NCBI RefSeq assembly: GCF_018350175.1
Contig: NC_058368.1
Coordinates: forward strand, 82,400,001-82,464,000
Reading direction: 5' to 3'
Length of the DNA stretch: 64,000 nucleotides
Source of the DNA: Felis catus
Taxonomy: Eukaryota
How positions within the stretch are numbered: the stretch's first letter is position 1; each line of letters begins with the position of its first letter. Shown here piece by piece: positions 38,366-49,700 of the stretch. Under the pieces are notes generated by a model that was given only the letters and a program-made list of their open reading frames with translations, was not told where the DNA came from and made no database searches. Position numbers and translations under genes: made by a program.

Positions 38366-40456
38366 AAAATGACTGACATTTCCAGCCCAACGCCAGGTTT
38401 GGGGACAGCATTTCTGCCCCAGGCCTTGCTTGTGGTCACCAGCAATGAATTCCTAGTAGAGTCCTTCTCTGCCTCACCAGCCTGGGGCTCAAGTGACCCC
38501 CAGCCCATTTGGGCCTCCTGTCAGCCCTCACTGGCAGGACTCCTGACTCCGCCAAGCTGCGTCCCTTTGTCCCATGCAGGTCTGTGACCTTGTCACCAGG
38601 GCCCCACTTCTTGGGGAATCCGCATAATTGTGTGCAAATAACTGGGGCCTGAGTCTGGCATTGGGCTCCTCCTGTGGCCCTGCCACACTCACTGGCAAGT
38701 GTTGACCGGACACAGCACCCCCAAATGCTTTGTGACACTTGCACAGTTGTTTTTGGCAGGGAAGGTAAATGCCTTCTCCCCGTAAGCAAGCAAGAATCGG
38801 GTCCAGAAATGAGGAAACGGGGCCTGGGAACGGCGTGTCCCACAGCCACCAGGAGCTGGCAGGTCAGCCCTGCGGACCCCATGCTGCTCGTGGGGAGGGG
38901 CAGGAGGCTGGGGAGGGCAAGGCCCAACACCAGCCCCAGAGATGGCAGATAGGGCAGGAGGGTTGTGTGCCATGTGCCAGGGCCTGGCCTGCCTGCTCAC
39001 AGCACAAGCCCAATGGGGCCCCCAAAGGCAGAAGGGTGTCTCCACTTGACGCATTTGGTTCAAGATTCAGTTATTTCAGAAGTGTGTATTTGACACGTGG
39101 AACTGCCTGAAATGGCTAAAGCTCCTTGAATACAAACGCCTCAGGGACCCACAGTCCAGGGTGGAGACAGACTTCCCCAGGGGACACCGCAGCAGGGCTC
39201 CCACAGGACACCCACAACAGCGGCCCCAGGACCCAAGGAAGGGGGAGGGGTGGTATCTGAGCATCTGACACCGGGCAGGGGCCCAGTGAACTCCCGTGGG
39301 ATCGAGGGCGTGCACCTGAGAGCACGGGTGAGGATAAGCCTCTGCAGGCACCCAGGGCACCCGCTTCCCTGTGGCCGGGCCTCCAGCGAGAAGGAGCCTT
39401 GAGAACATGGGGTTCCCCTCGCCCCCACGCGGCCCTGCTGCTCTGAGCAGCCGTGTGATCCCTCGACAGGAGGCCTTTCTCTCCATCTCGGAATGAAGGT
39501 AAAGATGAGTTATAAGCTGGACGACACACTCAGTGCAGGGCCCACTGTGGCCAAAGGGAAGGGGCCCTTCGGACACAGCGGGCGGAAGGTGGAGACGTCG
39601 GCGGGAAGAAAGCCCCAGGCCCGGAGCGCAGCAGGGCTGGACACGGGCACCTGGGCAAACCGAGACATGGGCTCTTGGGGGACATTGCTTCGATTCTGAC
39701 AATAATGGACAGTCAAGCACTCAGCTCTGCTGCCTCACGGCCACCAAATGAGACAGCTGTCGGGAAGGAACCATGAAAACAGCCTAAAGTTGCCCGAACT
39801 GTGCTGCGGGTGGAGAGGCCTGCAGGAGCCACTCCGGGGGCGCAGGGGGTGGGGGTGCAGGTGCGGGCAGGGCGTGTGTCCTTCCCGAGTGACAGGCCTT
39901 GGGTCCTTGTTCCCAGCTGCCTTCATACACACCCCAATAAGGACGCACTGTATTTGCAGGTTGCCCCAGACTTCGGAAAATTTAGAGGCACAGATGGTGT
40001 GCAGTCAGGCACCCACGGAGGACAACACATTTGACCATAGCGCACAGTCCAGAGAGACTGGGCATGGGGGGGGGGGGCGTAGCGCCACCACTGCATGAGA
40101 TCTGACCCTGGTGCCAGCTCAGGAAGCCCCCCTTCCTTCCTCACCCAGCCGCCACCAGAGCCCAGAGCCTCAAGCCCATTCAGAACGCATCTTTGCTATT
40201 CAAACAATTCCGGTCCCTCTAAGGCCACAAAATCTCTCATGTGGTACAACATGGCCCAGGACTCAATGACTTTAAATAAATGCTGTTGGAACAAGGGTGC
40301 ACCTCTCTGGAAACAATGATCTTCACGCTGTGTCAGGACGCATGGATAACTAGGTAACTTTTTATGATTTCCAGAAAAGGGAGCCTGAACCCAGGAATTA
40401 AATACTTATGGGGGTGCCGGGGGGCTCGGCCTAAAACCCAGGAATTAAACATCTAC

Positions 40457-40660
40457 GGGGATGTACAGTGGCTCAGTGAGTTAAGCGTCCAACTTCAGCT
40501 CAGGTCATGATCTTGCGGTTTGTGGGTTTGAGCCCCGTGTCGGGCTCTGTCCTGACAGCTCAGAGCCTGGAACCTGCTTCTGTGTCTCCCTCTCTCTCTG
40601 CCCCTCCCCCATTCATGCTCAGTCTCTCTCAAAAATAAAAATAAACATTAAAAAAATAAA
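40457..40660 (+). mobile_element. SINEC_Fc-like Can-SINE
   Basis: gtggctcagtgagttaagcgtccaacttcagctcaggtcatgatc...aaaataaacattaaaaaa. Confidence 0.9.
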
Positions 40661-40790
40661 GCAATCTCATCAATTTGGAGACATAATTTAAAAGAAAAAA
40701 TTGGTTTAGCAAATTAACAATAAAAAAATTGCTAAAAACAAAAAGCCAACATGACATGAAACTAAAACTGCAATGACCACGCCCCTTGGA

Positions 40791-41175
40791 GAGGCCAAGG
40801 TCATGGGCTGACCCCAGAGAGGCTGAGGTCACGGGCTGACCCCAGGGAGGCCGAGGTCATGGGCTGACCCCTGGGAGGCTGAGATCATGGGCTGACCCTA
40901 GGGAGGCCGAGGTCACAGGTTGATCCCAGGGAGGCCGAGGTCACGGTTGACCCCAGGGAGGCTGAGGTCACGGGTTGACCCCCAGGAGGCCAAGGTCATG
41001 GGCTGATCCCAGGAAATAGGCTGACCCCCAGGAGGCCGAGGTCACAAGCTGACCCCAGGGAGGCCGAGGTCACGGGTTGACCCCAGGGAGGCTGAGGTCA
41101 CAGGCTGACCCCCGGGAGGCTGAGGTCACGGGCTGACCCCTAGGAGGCCGAGGTCATGAGCTGACCCCAGGGGGC
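40791..41175. repeat. 28-bp VNTR (GAGGCCGAGGTCACGGGCTGACCCCAGG), ~13 copies, GAS6 intron 4
   Basis: Units start at 40791, 40819, 40847...; one truncated unit near 41010. Confidence 0.95.
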
Positions 41176-42595
41176 CAAGGGAGGGAGCCTGCTCCAGGTT
41201 GCCAATGATGCATGGGCATGGATTTTGACCACCCTGAGTTAACAGGCACTTGTACCCAAAATGACAGAAGCCAGTCTGCTCTGCACCTGCTATTGTGCCG
41301 CTGTCCTGGGGTCAGAGGGGAGCAGGGGCCACGTGGCCTCACCACCCTTCCCTCACCTTCCTGAGTTAAATCAATCATTTCTTCTGCTCCCCTGGACCAG
41401 GGCTTGGGCCTGTTACCCAGGCCAGGCGAGTGGGGTGAGGCCCTTGGCCGGCACACGGACAGGTGGGTGGCTGGACACAGCAGCACCACAAGCCAGGCCA
41501 GCCAGTCCATGAGCAGCTCTGGGTCCTCCCCTCCTGGGCTCCCCGGGGGCGGCAGGCCTGGCCTCAGGTGCAGGGGTTGCACGCCCCGAGCCCAACTGCC
41601 CAGCACGTGCGGCGAACACACAGACACCTGGGCTTAGGGTCAACCAGCCAGCTCGCCGTGAGGAGCTCAGACCTGAGCCGGGCCCAGAGTCAGTCCCAGC
41701 TGAGGTGGCTACAGCGTTCCTCGCCAGCGAAAAGTCAGTGTTACTGAGTGATCACTTACATGATGTTAATAAGAATATAAAAGATGCATGATAAGCAGAG
41801 GGAAAATTGTGCGAACGGCTAACACATAAAGCTCAGCTTGACTCGGTGAGAAAAACATAAACACAAAGACTGGGAGTCACCCTTCATCGTTTATACTGGG
41901 TGAAACCAAAAAGTTAGAAAAAAATGCACCAGCTTGGCAGAGATAAGTGGGTGGGCCTCCTGCTCGTGCTCGCTCGCTCCTGGCGTAATTCAGGCCCGAA
42001 ATGAGAAATGACACTGGGCTTGGTGCTGTAGGTCCCGCCCTGGGATTCTGTCCTGCAGACACCGTCAGATGCATGTGAGATTTTGTTTGTACTTGTCAAA
42101 AACCGGAGGTAGCCTAGAAGTCCCCAGTTCACAGTTAATGCTACCTACCCGAGCCGGTGTTGCCGTGAACGTGCATGTGTGCCGAGCTGCACTCAGGGCA
42201 GAGAGAGGTTGGCACGCCCGTGTGGTAAGCTGGCATTTGTGCAAAACAAGAGACTGTGCGTATGTGTTTACGGGCCCCAGGATATTCTCAGATCTGGTAA
42301 CCGGGGCCTCTGGAGCCTCACCGGTTGACCAGGAGGCACAGCCGGGGACGAAGTGCTCGCTCCTCACACCCAGGAAAGGCTTGGATTTTAAACCGCGTGC
42401 ACTGCTTGCTTATTTAGAAAAACGAACCTCACTTGCTGCAAAGGGCAAGTTCAGTGGAAAAGGAGCAGAGCTCAGGCCGGGGCTGCAGCTCCTTAAGGTA
42501 ATGGGGCTAGTCAAGGTCCCTGGAAAACCACAGCAGAGCCTGAAGTTACCCAAACCCGTGGGGCTTTGAGGGAAACAGCAGGGAGGCAGACTTAC

Positions 42596-42658
42596 TCTGA
42601 ACGCAGGCGGCGAAAGCGGGGCTCTTGCTGTGCGGAGGCCCATGCCTACTGACGCAGT
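42596..42658 (-). CDS. GAS6: GAS6 exon 4, disulfide loop (D)CVSRHGPPHSKSPAFAACVQ
   Basis: 63 nt, tcttacag| ... |gtaagt; phase 1/1; both loop Cys present. Confidence 0.88.
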
Positions 42659-44029
42659 CTGTAAGACAGATGGAAAGCAGGTCAGTCATTCTTGTCACAG
42701 GTGACAGACGACAGGACAGACCTCAGAACTCGTGAGTCGTCTCTGAGCCACCTCTGGAAGAGGAGATTATTCACACTCCCTAGGTGCTCCAGCTTTTGTT
42801 ATTAGAGATTTTAACGCTGGCAAGCAAGAAAAGGCCTCCCACAAAAAGGCTGAACTGTGTCCAAAGGTCTGTCTGCGGCCTCTCTGGTGGCATGAAGGAC
42901 CAGGAACAGTCACTGGCTTTTCTGGCCACAGTCAGAGAGGTGAACCTTATTTCAAGTTGGTCTCCAACAGAACCCCCGTTGGACCCTGAATGTGGAAGTC
43001 ATGATTTGAGTGTCCCCCTCCCCGAGCTGTCTGACAGGTTGGTTCACACGGGAGCTGGAGGAGGGGACCAGACACTGAAACTCATGCAGAACGGGTGTTG
43101 AGCCACTCCTGGACCTTCAGTAGGTCCCTGGCGCTTGGTCATGCCCAGGAGGACTGGGGCCCAGACGACCTGGAGGCAGCTCCCGGGACAGCTGGTCACC
43201 CTCTGCCCCTGGAAACAAATCCCAGACACCTAGGAGCGAGGCCTGCGGAGGCCAACAGGGAGCCCGGGAGTGGGCAGGTCCCCAGCTCTTCAGGGTCCGC
43301 TATGGCACAGACCCAGAGAATACCGCTAAGAGGACATAAGGCCAACAGGAAATTCACCAAACTTAAGAAGGAACAGACCCTGGTGTAGGTCTGTCTCATA
43401 ATGATGTACATCTTAGAAAAATCTTAGAACAGCATCAATTAAAGGAGTAGTTCAGGGAAAGTCCAGAGCCTCTTTCTGACGGTCCCTGGTCACTTGGCTG
43501 TCACGTGTCTTACTTTCTCTCCCAAGTACACTCGGGAGCTTTCTGGGGGCCACGCTGCCCGGTGACACCCCTGCTGGGCAGCCAGGAGCACCTGCCTGTC
43601 CGTTCCTCTTGTTCAAATTAAACAAAAACATCTCTTACTGGGCTCAGTTCTGTTAAAAAACACGGCAAATACCAACCACCATAGTCCACAGAGCAAAAGC
43701 TCTTTGGCATCTTCAGTAACTTCAGGAGTGCACACACCCCGAGACCAACAGGTCTGAGACTCACTAAATCAGCCACATTCCCAAACAGCAAGCTAGCGGA
43801 GTCAGAACAGAGAAGCGGTTTGCAAATAACGGCACTGGATCGCGGTTGATGCGGATCGTGCTGCCGTGAAAGACACAGGCGCTGTGACCGCGTGCTCCAA
43901 GAGTCCCAAGCTCACCGTGTGAGTAAAGCAACCTCCCCAGGAGCACCTGCGGGATGGGCTGGCCCAGCTGACAGGTGACATGTCCACCTCTGTTCCTCTA
44001 CAACTACAGAAGCAGCGATGCAAACTTAC

Positions 44030-44054
44030 CTAAGTATCTTGGGTAAAAATAGTC
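44030..44054 (-). CDS. GAS6: GAS6 exon 3, 25-nt aromatic-stack micro-exon DYFYPRYL
   Basis: cttctttttctttttccacag|GACTATTTTTACCCAAGATACTTAG|gtaagt; 25-nt exon typical of Gla-family genes. Confidence 0.95.
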
Positions 44055-44834
44055 CTGTGGAAAAAGAAAAAGAAGGGGCGACAGTTTACTGGCGTGGCCT
44101 GCACTCCCCACACAGTGCCCACAGCAGCTGGCGGAGGGCCTCGCCTTCCTCCCCAGTGGGCACAGACAGGCACCTGGGCAGGGCAGGTGCGTGAGGAAGG
44201 CAGGGAACTCTCCACAGCTGGCTCAGTGACAGCAGGGCAGAACCACCCAGAAAGCCACTTTACGCCTCAAGGACCATGGCGTGAGGAAGAAGAGGGAGGG
44301 TGCGGCCCAGGCCGCTGTCTCGGCCGCTGCAGAATGATGTCCGCCTGGACCTTCTGTAAGCGGCAACGGGGATGTCATTTAAGGGACCCAGTGTCTCATA
44401 GGAGGCGGAGGGCCGGGAGGAAGATTGTCTGGACCCTCGCTGACACTGGGCTCCTCCCAGAAGCATGCAGACCCCGCGGGGCCATCCACACGCAGGCACT
44501 GACTTGCACCGACTGTGTTTGTACAAGGAACTGGTGCTGGGCGAGGTGTGGAGGATGCAAGGGAAGCAAAGGTCCTTTCCGTCCGTGACCGTGAACTAAG
44601 AGCTCTGCACCATACCAGCTGTCTGCCAAATACTAGGACCACTTGCCCTGTCTTGGCCAGCAGCAGAGAGCAGCTGGAATTGTCCCCAGGGTCCTTGGCC
44701 CCACCCGTCCACCATCATCTCTCACTGAGGGTCAGTCACAGCGTGGCTTAGCCCTAGATGCTCCCCTGGACGGGACCAGGTCGCTACACAGCAGCACCCA
44801 CCGAGGAGGGGTGCCCGCTACAGGTGCTGTGATT

Positions 44835-44990
44835 GTATGTCCTTCCATCTGACCCTCACAACCGCTCCAAGGTCTTTTCAATTAACCCCGTCATCAGAGA
44901 GGAGGAAACCGAGGCTCATGACGGGTCGTGGAGTTCAACCAAGGTTAGGAAGCCAGGTCGGGCTCCTGACAGCACACTGGGATCCAAAAC
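44835..44990 (-). mobile_element. MIR remnant
   Basis: ccctcacaac...attaaccccgtcatcagagaggaggaaaccgaggctca core. Confidence 0.5.
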
Positions 44991-45614
44991 CACGCTGAAA
45001 GGAGCTGGTGTGTCATCTGCAGTGATGGGCCCCCACAGTTAGCTGGCCTCACGCCATGGTCTGGCACCTCACCTGTCCCCTTCCCTCGCTGTTTACAACA
45101 CTTTGCTAAGACGCCCATCAGAAAGTCATGTTCTGATAAAGACGTGGCTTAGACTCTTAACTCCTTTAAAAGAAAAGTAATGGTCAGAGCAAGTTTGTAT
45201 TTCAGCTTGTATCACGGTTGTGAAGGTGACATTCAGGCAGGTGTGACAGGGGCCAGGTCTGGCAGGCAGAGCCACACAGCCAGGGTGGGGACACCCCTCC
45301 CCACCAGCATCCAGAGGGCCCTGACGGCCTGGTTTCACTTCTCCGTGCTTTCAGTCATGGAGTGGCCACTCCCAGACAGGAAAGGCAAGCGAGGCCAGGC
45401 GCACTCAGACGAAGCCCCCAGAGCTGAGGGCAAGCAGACAGGGACATCTGCCGGGTTTAGAGGGAGAGCAAAGGCCACAGACTTTGTCACAAAGGGAGGG
45501 GCTCTGGCTCTGAAAGAAAAGACTTAGGATGCACGATGTGTCCACTCACAAAACCAAGAATTAGACTACGAAGGAACTAAAGACACTGAGGATCTGTGAG
45601 CAGAGTTCCCAGTT

Positions 45615-45740
45615 GTCATAGACGTGGCACCTGCCACAGGAAAGCTATTCTGTATGGTCATAAATGTGGCACCTGCCACAAGAAAGCTGTTCTGTATGGT
45701 CATAAACTTGGTACTGCCACAGGAAAGCTGTTCTATATGT
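45615..45740. repeat. 42-bp tandem repeat x3
   Basis: gtcata...gtggcacctgccacaggaaagctattctgtatg units at 45615, 45657, 45699. Confidence 0.88.
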
Positions 45741-46624
45741 TATCCAGAAAGCTGTATTATATTTTTCAAAGCCCTATTACTAGCTATGTGTCATGTGTTT
45801 TAACAGCGATTGTATTGTTCTGGAAGAGCCTCGCTGACTGAAAAGCCATGTGCCCTTCCCTTAAGTTAATCACACCCATGGGAATGTGGTTTCCAAAACC
45901 ATTGGGCCATAGGCTGGTGACAATTTATCTTAATTTGTGTGCTTGATTTATTTGGGGTGAGAGGGGTGCTCATTTGGCTGGCAATCTAGGACAGAGATGA
46001 TTAACCCCAAGTAACAGCAAAGCTAAGACAGATGCACCTAAAACCACTATGCGCTCTCCCAAGAGAAAGAGACATTTCTAATTGTCCTTCAATGTTCTGA
46101 CCAAAGAGGAAGACCTATGGAAATCTCAGTGAATGAAGGGCACTGGACACAGAACAGAGAGCCGGCCCCACCTGCACCACAAGTTGGCCACACATAAACT
46201 GTGGCCTGAGGCTCAGGAGCTGGGCTGACTCCCATGAGCATCACCCTCCCAGTGATCCACGGAGCAGAGGCCACAGTTCAGATGGCCAGATTCAGAACCA
46301 GGGATCGGTTGCCTACAAACTTACCCTTTCTTTTTGACCACACAAGGAGGCACGTGAGGGCCTGGCTGGGATCAGGAGCAGGGAATGGGCAGACCAGCCA
46401 GCAGGAGGCCAGGGCCACCCAGGTTGGAAATGAAGCCGTCTGTCACCTGGCAATCATTTTTCTCAGGAGTTTGCTTCTGCTTTACTTAAACAGCTAAAGA
46501 TACAAAGAAGTGAGCAAAACTGCAGGCCACTAAACTGTGAGCTGAAGATCCCAGAGGGGAAGGTATATGCCCGATACCTGGCTTGGTGCTGACTATCCCT
46601 CAGACGGCCCTCAGGAGCCATTGC

Positions 46625-46775
46625 TAAATGGGTGAATGAATGATAGATGAATGGATAGATGAATGGAAGAATGAGTAAATCGATGGGTGGTTGGATGGGT
46701 GGCTAGCTGGCTGGCTGACAGATGGATGGATCAAAGGAAGAATGCATGGATGGCTGGGTGTATGAATGAATGAAC
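46625..46775. repeat. (TGAA/TGGA)n simple repeat, probably an L2 tail
   Basis: tgaatgaatgatagatgaatggatag...gatggatgga. Confidence 0.7.
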
Positions 46776-49700
46776 AGGCAAACGTAGAGTCCTACAATTT
46801 TCACTGAGTTGTTTTTATTTACAACAAAGCTAAGCACACCGGGAGAAATACCTAAATCGGTGCTCTCAGCTTGTGTCTTCCAAAACTCAGAAATATCAGT
46901 ACTACGTTTCCTCGAGCTTACAAACTGCCAATGCATTTTTGAACTTAGATCCTTAGATGAACTGCCATTTGCCAACCTCTTCTTCCACCATTCATTCCAA
47001 GGACCCTACTCTCTGAGGAGGCGATGAGACATGGTGCATGTGTGATTCAACAACTGAGTCGTCACTCCTACTAGTAGGGACTGCCCGTGAGTGAAGTGGC
47101 CCCGTGTGGAGCTCACACCCCACCTACGGGGAGCACCTGGTTCTGGGAGGATCAGTGTGCTGGTCTTGGCCAAGAGCCCACTGGCCTCACACCCTCACGT
47201 AAATGGAGTTGGGTGCTCCAACAAACCCGGCCTTCCCTGGGACGCATTCTCCCATGCTCCTGTTCCCTGCAGGTTTGTAAACACAGGAACCTGTGCCCAA
47301 AGCACCTTCAAGGCCTGAACCCAACGACAGGCTCGGTCCACTTGCATCTAACGTGAGGCCTAGCAGTTTGCTCTGAAACCACAGGACGATGTTTCTGTGA
47401 GACGGTCTCTTCCACGTCTGCTCCTTAATCGTGCCGTCACCCATCTGGCCCCTTCGCTAAGAAGGGGAGCACCAGAAAGGACAGCAAATAGGTGGCTGGT
47501 GAAATCCTCGACAAGTCCCATCTGCAGACAGAACCTCCCACCTGCCTCTGCCCCATGCTGACCACCGGAACCCTGGTCTGCCACACGGGGTCTGTGCCTC
47601 CAGAGTCTCCCATGTGGCAACAGTCAAGAGCATCAGGGAGTTGCCCACCCTCCCCGTGGGGCAAGGTTGCGTGTGGGCTGTCCACCTGCCACTCGCCCCT
47701 CTCCTACCGCGGGACAGTCAGTTCTGGGGTTGGAACTCCAGAAGCTGTGACCACGACGAGCTCCTTGCCCGGCAGCCTGCCCAGCCTGCTGAAATGCCCT
47801 CCAAGCACCCAGCCTGTGCACCTCTTCCCCGGGGCCTTCTGAGGCTTGGTGGGGTTTTTAGTGGTCTCTCTATAAACTTGACGCTCTGAGAGCAAATCTG
47901 CCTTCCAAAAATGGTCAAAAACCACACAAGCCTAGTGGGTTAAAATGCACATTATTAAGACAGAAACATCACCTGGGCTCACAGTGTGAACTGAGCACAG
48001 TTGCCCTCTTGTAGCTCATGAACAGGACCACATGCAGCTGGGAAGGTTCTAGAATTTGGCAACTGACACCTCGTACATGCCTTCATGTCCAAACTACTTT
48101 AACTCTTCGAGCTCCTCCCAGGCTGGCGCAGTCCCTGCAGGGACAGGGTAAGCCAGGGGGACCCAGACAGCTTCCGGCCCTGATGCTGCGGCTCACCTTC
48201 AGGGCAGTTGCCTTCTTCCTGCCCTCTGACGAATATGCAGGTTAATGGGAGGCTCACTGCCAGGAGGGCCGAGACACCAGCGTGTTAATGGACGTGGAAA
48301 CTGCTTTGCAAACACATCAGCATCAGCAGTGCATAAGTCTTTTTGGCGTGGAGTACCCAGCACTTTGATCTAGTTCACACGACATAATAGGAGGCACACA
48401 TCACAGCATAACAAATGGTCGTTACTTTTCAAACAGGAAATTAAGAATTTCTTACTTCCTTTAATAAATAACTGCCCGAAATTTTGTTTCCAAAACTCCT
48501 TACGCTATTTGACAAAGTGGGCTGAGACACAAGCGTCACAATAACTGCTTATTTACGTGATACAAATACAAGGTGTCTTCCTGAAAAGCGGTCCACAACA
48601 CTGACTAATCCTTTAACCTTAATGTTGTCTTGCTAGCAAACTTGACTTCTAAGGGAAATACTGTCCAAGTCACATCAACTTGAATCATCATTACGGAGGC
48701 TTCTGCTTTGCGGTAGCTGGAGGAAGTCACAACAACGGTCTCACAGTTTTTACGACGGCTCCCGGAGAGATTCCCAGGAGAGATTCCCAGCTATCGACGG
48801 GCAAGCTTTGGCCCCTCAGCCTGCAGGGACCCTGACAGGTTCTCAGTCCCCCAGGCCAGCATCACTCAGTCTGTGCATGTTTTTCTAAGCGTGGTTCACA
48901 CAAAATCCCTCTGTCGTCTTCCCAAGTTCATCTCCTCTAAGATTCTCCAAACCAGGGGTCTGTTTAAGCACTCCATGAGACCAAAGGAAACACGGACACC
49001 CCCTACCTACCCTTGCCAGGCCCACAGGGCCTCCAGGTCAGCCCTGCAAGGAGGGGAGCAGGCCCCAGAAACACCCCCAAGGCCACAGCGCTCCCCTCCT
49101 TCCTGAGACGCTAATGTGCACGTGTGTTATTAAAAATTCCTGTGGGGACAACACGCAGGTGCACAGATAAAAGCTGGGGACTGCAGCTCTGTGGATCTGT
49201 GCAGTGGGATTCCTGCAGCCGCACGCACCCCCATGCCCCCAGAACCAGCCCCTGGCGCCCAGCACATACCAGCGAGATAAGCACAGGGGCTGAGCCAGCC
49301 GAGTCCCGGGGAGTGGTGAGAACCAGCTGGAAAGCTGGGTTCTCTGGGCCCTTTTCATAACCAGCTTTAGGATGAATCAGTGCCCATGTGCGCGTCACCA
49401 CGTAGCAGGCTGTGTAGACACTTCTCGCCTCGGAAGGTCAATCACTTCAGAGTTAACATGCTGACCTTGGAGGCCGGGACCTGAGTTTCCATCTGTGTCC
49501 TCCCAGTGAAGAGTGAACTTGGGCAAGTCCCCACATAGATACCTGAGCCTCAGTTCACAAACATCTGGAATAAGGGCCACCACGTCCTATGACCTTGTGA
49601 CGAACACTACTGCAATGTTCTCATCTGTTTCTGGCTTAGGGAAAGGAATTTTAAGTGCATTTTGATGCCCCTCCGGACATGCTACATCATGGCATGCACG

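Noticed and set aside
40791..45740. 28-bp and 42-bp palindromic repeats superficially like CRISPR repeats
   Set aside because: Head-to-tail tandem units with no unique spacers, no cas genes, mammalian intronic context.
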